Below are positions 61,259 through 64,000 of a stretch of DNA of 64,000 bases, piece by piece. Under the pieces are notes generated by a model that worked only from the letters and a program-made list of their open reading frames with translations, was not told the origin of the DNA and did not search any database. The stretch's first letter is position 1, and each line of letters opens with the position of its first letter. The DNA is from an uncultured archaeon. Its GTDB lineage: Archaea > Altiarchaeota > Altiarchaeia > IMC4 > QMZM01. The DNA is taken from assembly GCA_964549685.1 (NCBI GenBank), contig CAZJVE010000001.1, positions 116,098 through 180,097 of the forward strand, in the 5' to 3' direction. Made by a program: the position numbers and the translations under genes.

Positions 61259-64000
61259 AAATAAAAAAGGTCGATACCAGAGCCTTTGCGGTTTCCGAAA
61301 AAAGGGAGAGGAAAATGGAATCGAAACTAACTAAGGGCGTACTCTCCAGAAAGGTCGATATAAAGAGGGCCTACAGGCCAGTAGCAAAGCTCAATGTATT
61401 CAGGCAGGTCGAGGTACATAAGGGCATCATATCAGAGGAAACGGTGTATGAGGGAAAGGAAAACCACCTCTTCGTTGACCTAGCCGATGCTTCTCTCTAT
61501 CATTTCCAAAAACCAAAGAAGGTATTGAGACACGATATCCTGAAAAGGCTGCTTGATGTATCTCCCGGGGCGGTAAGGCTCTATGGAGAACTGCTGGAGA
61601 AGGACTATATCTTCAAGGACGAGGCAGAACAATCCCAGCTCCTGGAGATAACAAACCAGGGCCTTGTAAAGATTTACAAGCCGGCAACAAAACTTGTACT
61701 GGCAACTCTCGTTGATGAAATAGGGCCATCCTCCGAGCACCACACGCTCGTGAAGGACAGGATCAAGGCATCATATCGCCCTCCCGTGTTCGATAGCCCA
61801 TACTATGACCTCTCGTCCTATCTGGACGAGGCGGACGTACTAGCCGAATCCTATGAAAAGGATTCAATAGCACACTCAATAGAAACCCTCAGCGAGCTGA
61901 TAGCGAACCTCTTCGGGGCGAAGGTCAGCCTTGAGGGCCTTTTCTTCATGCCATACATCGAGGGGACTTATAAAACTGGCAAGAAAAGCAGGGTAACTCC
62001 AGAAATCCACTTCCCACTCTGTTTTCTTGGCGAGAAGTGCATAAAAAAGACAGTTGGAACCAAGATCAAGCCCATCGCACTCAGCACATCGATAGACCAG
62101 AAGGGGACCATCCCGGTCGAGGAACTAACCATAGACTTCTCCGACGTTGTAAACCTCAAGAAGGTGAAGGAGGAGATAAAGGACTCGATAATCTATCCCC
62201 TCACAAACCCCAAACTGGCCAAGGAATTCGGCAAGAAAGGGGGTGGCGCAATTCTCCTGTACGGCCCGCCGGGCTGCGGGAAGACATACCTGGCCCGAGC
62301 AACAGTTGGAGAGTGCGGCGTGAACTTCTTTAACATAAACATCAGTGAAATAATAGGGAAAGGGACAAAAGAGGAGGCAGAGAGCCTTCACAGAGTCTTC
62401 GTGGAGGCGGAGAAGAACGCCCCATCCATACTCTTCTTCGACGAACTGGACGCTATTGGTGGCAGGAGAACCGGGGCAACACAGTATGAGGAGAAGATGG
62501 AGATAGACCAGTTCCTGATGGAGATGGACGGCGTGGAGACACTGCACGAGAATGTTCTCATAATAGCGGCAACAAACGCCCCATGGAACATAGACCCCGC
62601 ACTACGGAGGTCTGTGAGATTCACCAGACACATATTTGTGCCGCCCCCAAGCCCTGAAACCAGGGAGGCCCTGTTCAAGAAGCATACTGGGAAGAGAAAG
62701 GCGTCCAAGGACATAGGCTTCAGAAAACTTGCTGAGATGACAGAGGGCTACGCGTCCTCGGACATAAAGGCAATCTGCGACGCAGCAGTCAACATCCCTT
62801 GGCAGGAGGCGGTCAAGGGCGGAGAAAAAAGGGAGGCCACCATGAATGATTTCCTGACTGCCATAAAGAATCAGAAATCCTCTCTCAGACCGTGGTTCAA
62901 ACTTGCCCAGAAGGAACTGAAAAAGAGCGGTGAAATGGGCGTCTTTGAAGAATTCTCGGACTATATCATAAAATACGGCGGTGGAGTAGACGAGGTAAAA
63001 AAGCCCTCTATAAACTTCTCGGATGTCGGCGACATGGAGGACGTAAAGGAGGAGATAAGGAAGAACATAATATATCCCCTGAAGAAACCGGAGCTGGCAA
63101 AGGAATTCAAAAAGAAGGTCGGGGGGGCAATTCTCCTGTACGGCCCGCCGGGCTGCGGGAAGACATACATCGCAAGAGCAACAGCGGGAGAATGCGAGGC
63201 CACGTTCTTCAATGTAAAGCTCACCGACGTTCTCTCAAAAGAGGTCGGCGAGTCAGAGAAGAATATCCAGGACATATTCGACAGGGCCAGCAAGAACGTT
63301 CCAGCAATCCTCTTCTTCGACGAGATTGACGCGATAGGGGGCAGAAGGGAATCATCCACAACCTCTGAAAAGAGATTGGTGAATTCCTTCCTCACGGAGA
63401 TGGACGGCTTCAAGAAGAAGGAGGGTCTGATGATTGTCGGTGCAACAAACGCCCCATGGGAGATTGACCCTGCCTTGAGAAGGGCCGGCAGATTCACGCA
63501 GCAGCTATATGTCTCAAGGCCGGGGCTGAGCGCAAGGATGGATATATTCATGATACATACAAGGAACGAGCCAATAACGGATGACATCGACTTCAGAAAG
63601 CTCGCGGGAATGACGGGGGGCTACGCATCCTCGGACATAAAGGCAATCTGCGAACTGGCGGCAGAAATCCCCTGGGATGAGGCGATGAAGGGCAAGGAAA
63701 AAAGAAAGATATCCATGGAAGACTTCACGAAAGCGATAGACAGGAAGAGCTCCTCTCTGAAGCCATGGTATTCCTCAGCGGATAGGCAGATTAAGAAGAG
63801 CGGCGAGAGGGAGATATACGGTGCTCTGGTCGATGACATCGAGCAGTTTAAATCCACGACACCCTCCACTTCGGACATAAAGAAGACGCTTCAGGAGGAG
63901 AAGAAGAGACTCGGCCTGAAGACAGAAAGCGAGAGGGGCGAGACAACGAAACTTCGCGAGGAGAAGAAAAAGCTCGAGGAGATGATTAAGATAACAAAGA
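61255..64000 (+). CDS. Tandem double AAA+ ATPase (Cdc48/Vps4-like) with unrecognised N-terminal region; runs off window and is absent from the ORF track
   Basis: Frame open from ATG 61255; ILLYGPPGCGKT twice, ILFFDE twice, ATNAPW.IDPALRR twice. Confidence 0.88.
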   Translation, partial: MKIKKVDTRAFAVSEKRERKMESKLTKGVLSRKVDIKRAYRPVAKLNVFRQVEVHKGIISEETVYEGKENHLFVDLADASLYHFQKPKKVLRHDILKRLLDVSPGAVRLYGELLEKDYIFKDEAEQSQLLEITNQGLVKIYKPATKLVLATLVDEIGPSSEHHTLVKDRIKASYRPPVFDSPYYDLSSYLDEADVLAESYEKDSIAHSIETLSELIANLFGAKVSLEGLFFMPYIEGTYKTGKKSRVTPEIHFPLCFLGEKCIKKTVGTKIKPIALSTSIDQKGTIPVEELTIDFSDVVNLKKVKEEIKDSIIYPLTNPKLAKEFGKKGGGAILLYGPPGCGKTYLARATVGECGVNFFNINISEIIGKGTKEEAESLHRVFVEAEKNAPSILFFDELDAIGGRRTGATQYEEKMEIDQFLMEMDGVETLHENVLIIAATNAPWNIDPALRRSVRFTRHIFVPPPSPETREALFKKHTGKRKASKDIGFRKLAEMTEGYASSDIKAICDAAVNIPWQEAVKGGEKREATMNDFLTAIKNQKSSLRPWFKLAQKELKKSGEMGVFEEFSDYIIKYGGGVDEVKKPSINFSDVGDMEDVKEEIRKNIIYPLKKPELAKEFKKKVGGAILLYGPPGCGKTYIARATAGECEATFFNVKLTDVLSKEVGESEKNIQDIFDRASKNVPAILFFDEIDAIGGRRESSTTSEKRLVNSFLTEMDGFKKKEGLMIVGATNAPWEIDPALRRAGRFTQQLYVSRPGLSARMDIFMIHTRNEPITDDIDFRKLAGMTGGYASSDIKAICELAAEIPWDEAMKGKEKRKISMEDFTKAIDRKSSSLKPWYSSADRQIKKSGEREIYGALVDDIEQFKSTTPSTSDIKKTLQEEKKRLGLKTESERGETTKLREEKKKLEEMIKITK

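Overview
Gene-dense archaeal chromosomal segment. The marker genes are archaeal (MCM, DnaG, SRP54, Nop5, S17e, L40e, GatD, TiaS, archaeal SAM synthetase, HMG-CoA synthase/thiolase/DUF35, class III RNR, Nre). An anaerobic Altiarchaeota/DPANN-like lineage is my inference only. The window holds about 65 CDS and two tRNAs, with no CRISPR array or transposase. Four non-coding signals stand out. (1) A non-palindromic 14-mer, AGTTAGGCACTACA, occurs 10 times exactly and 4 times imperfectly. It forms two oppositely oriented four-copy clusters (45.4 kb and 49.6 kb), is also embedded in frame in four proteins as (E/K)LGTT, and coincides with an apparent G/T to A/C strand-skew switch. It is a candidate undescribed replication origin/terminus or chromosome-organising site. 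(2) An initiator tRNA-Met is split by two introns (30/31 and 37/38). (3) A ~160-nt multi-hairpin element directly follows tRNA-Arg(TCT). (4) A free-standing LAGLIDADG endonuclease gene is bracketed by a 13-bp direct repeat. All calls come from motif recognition by eye; no database searches were run.
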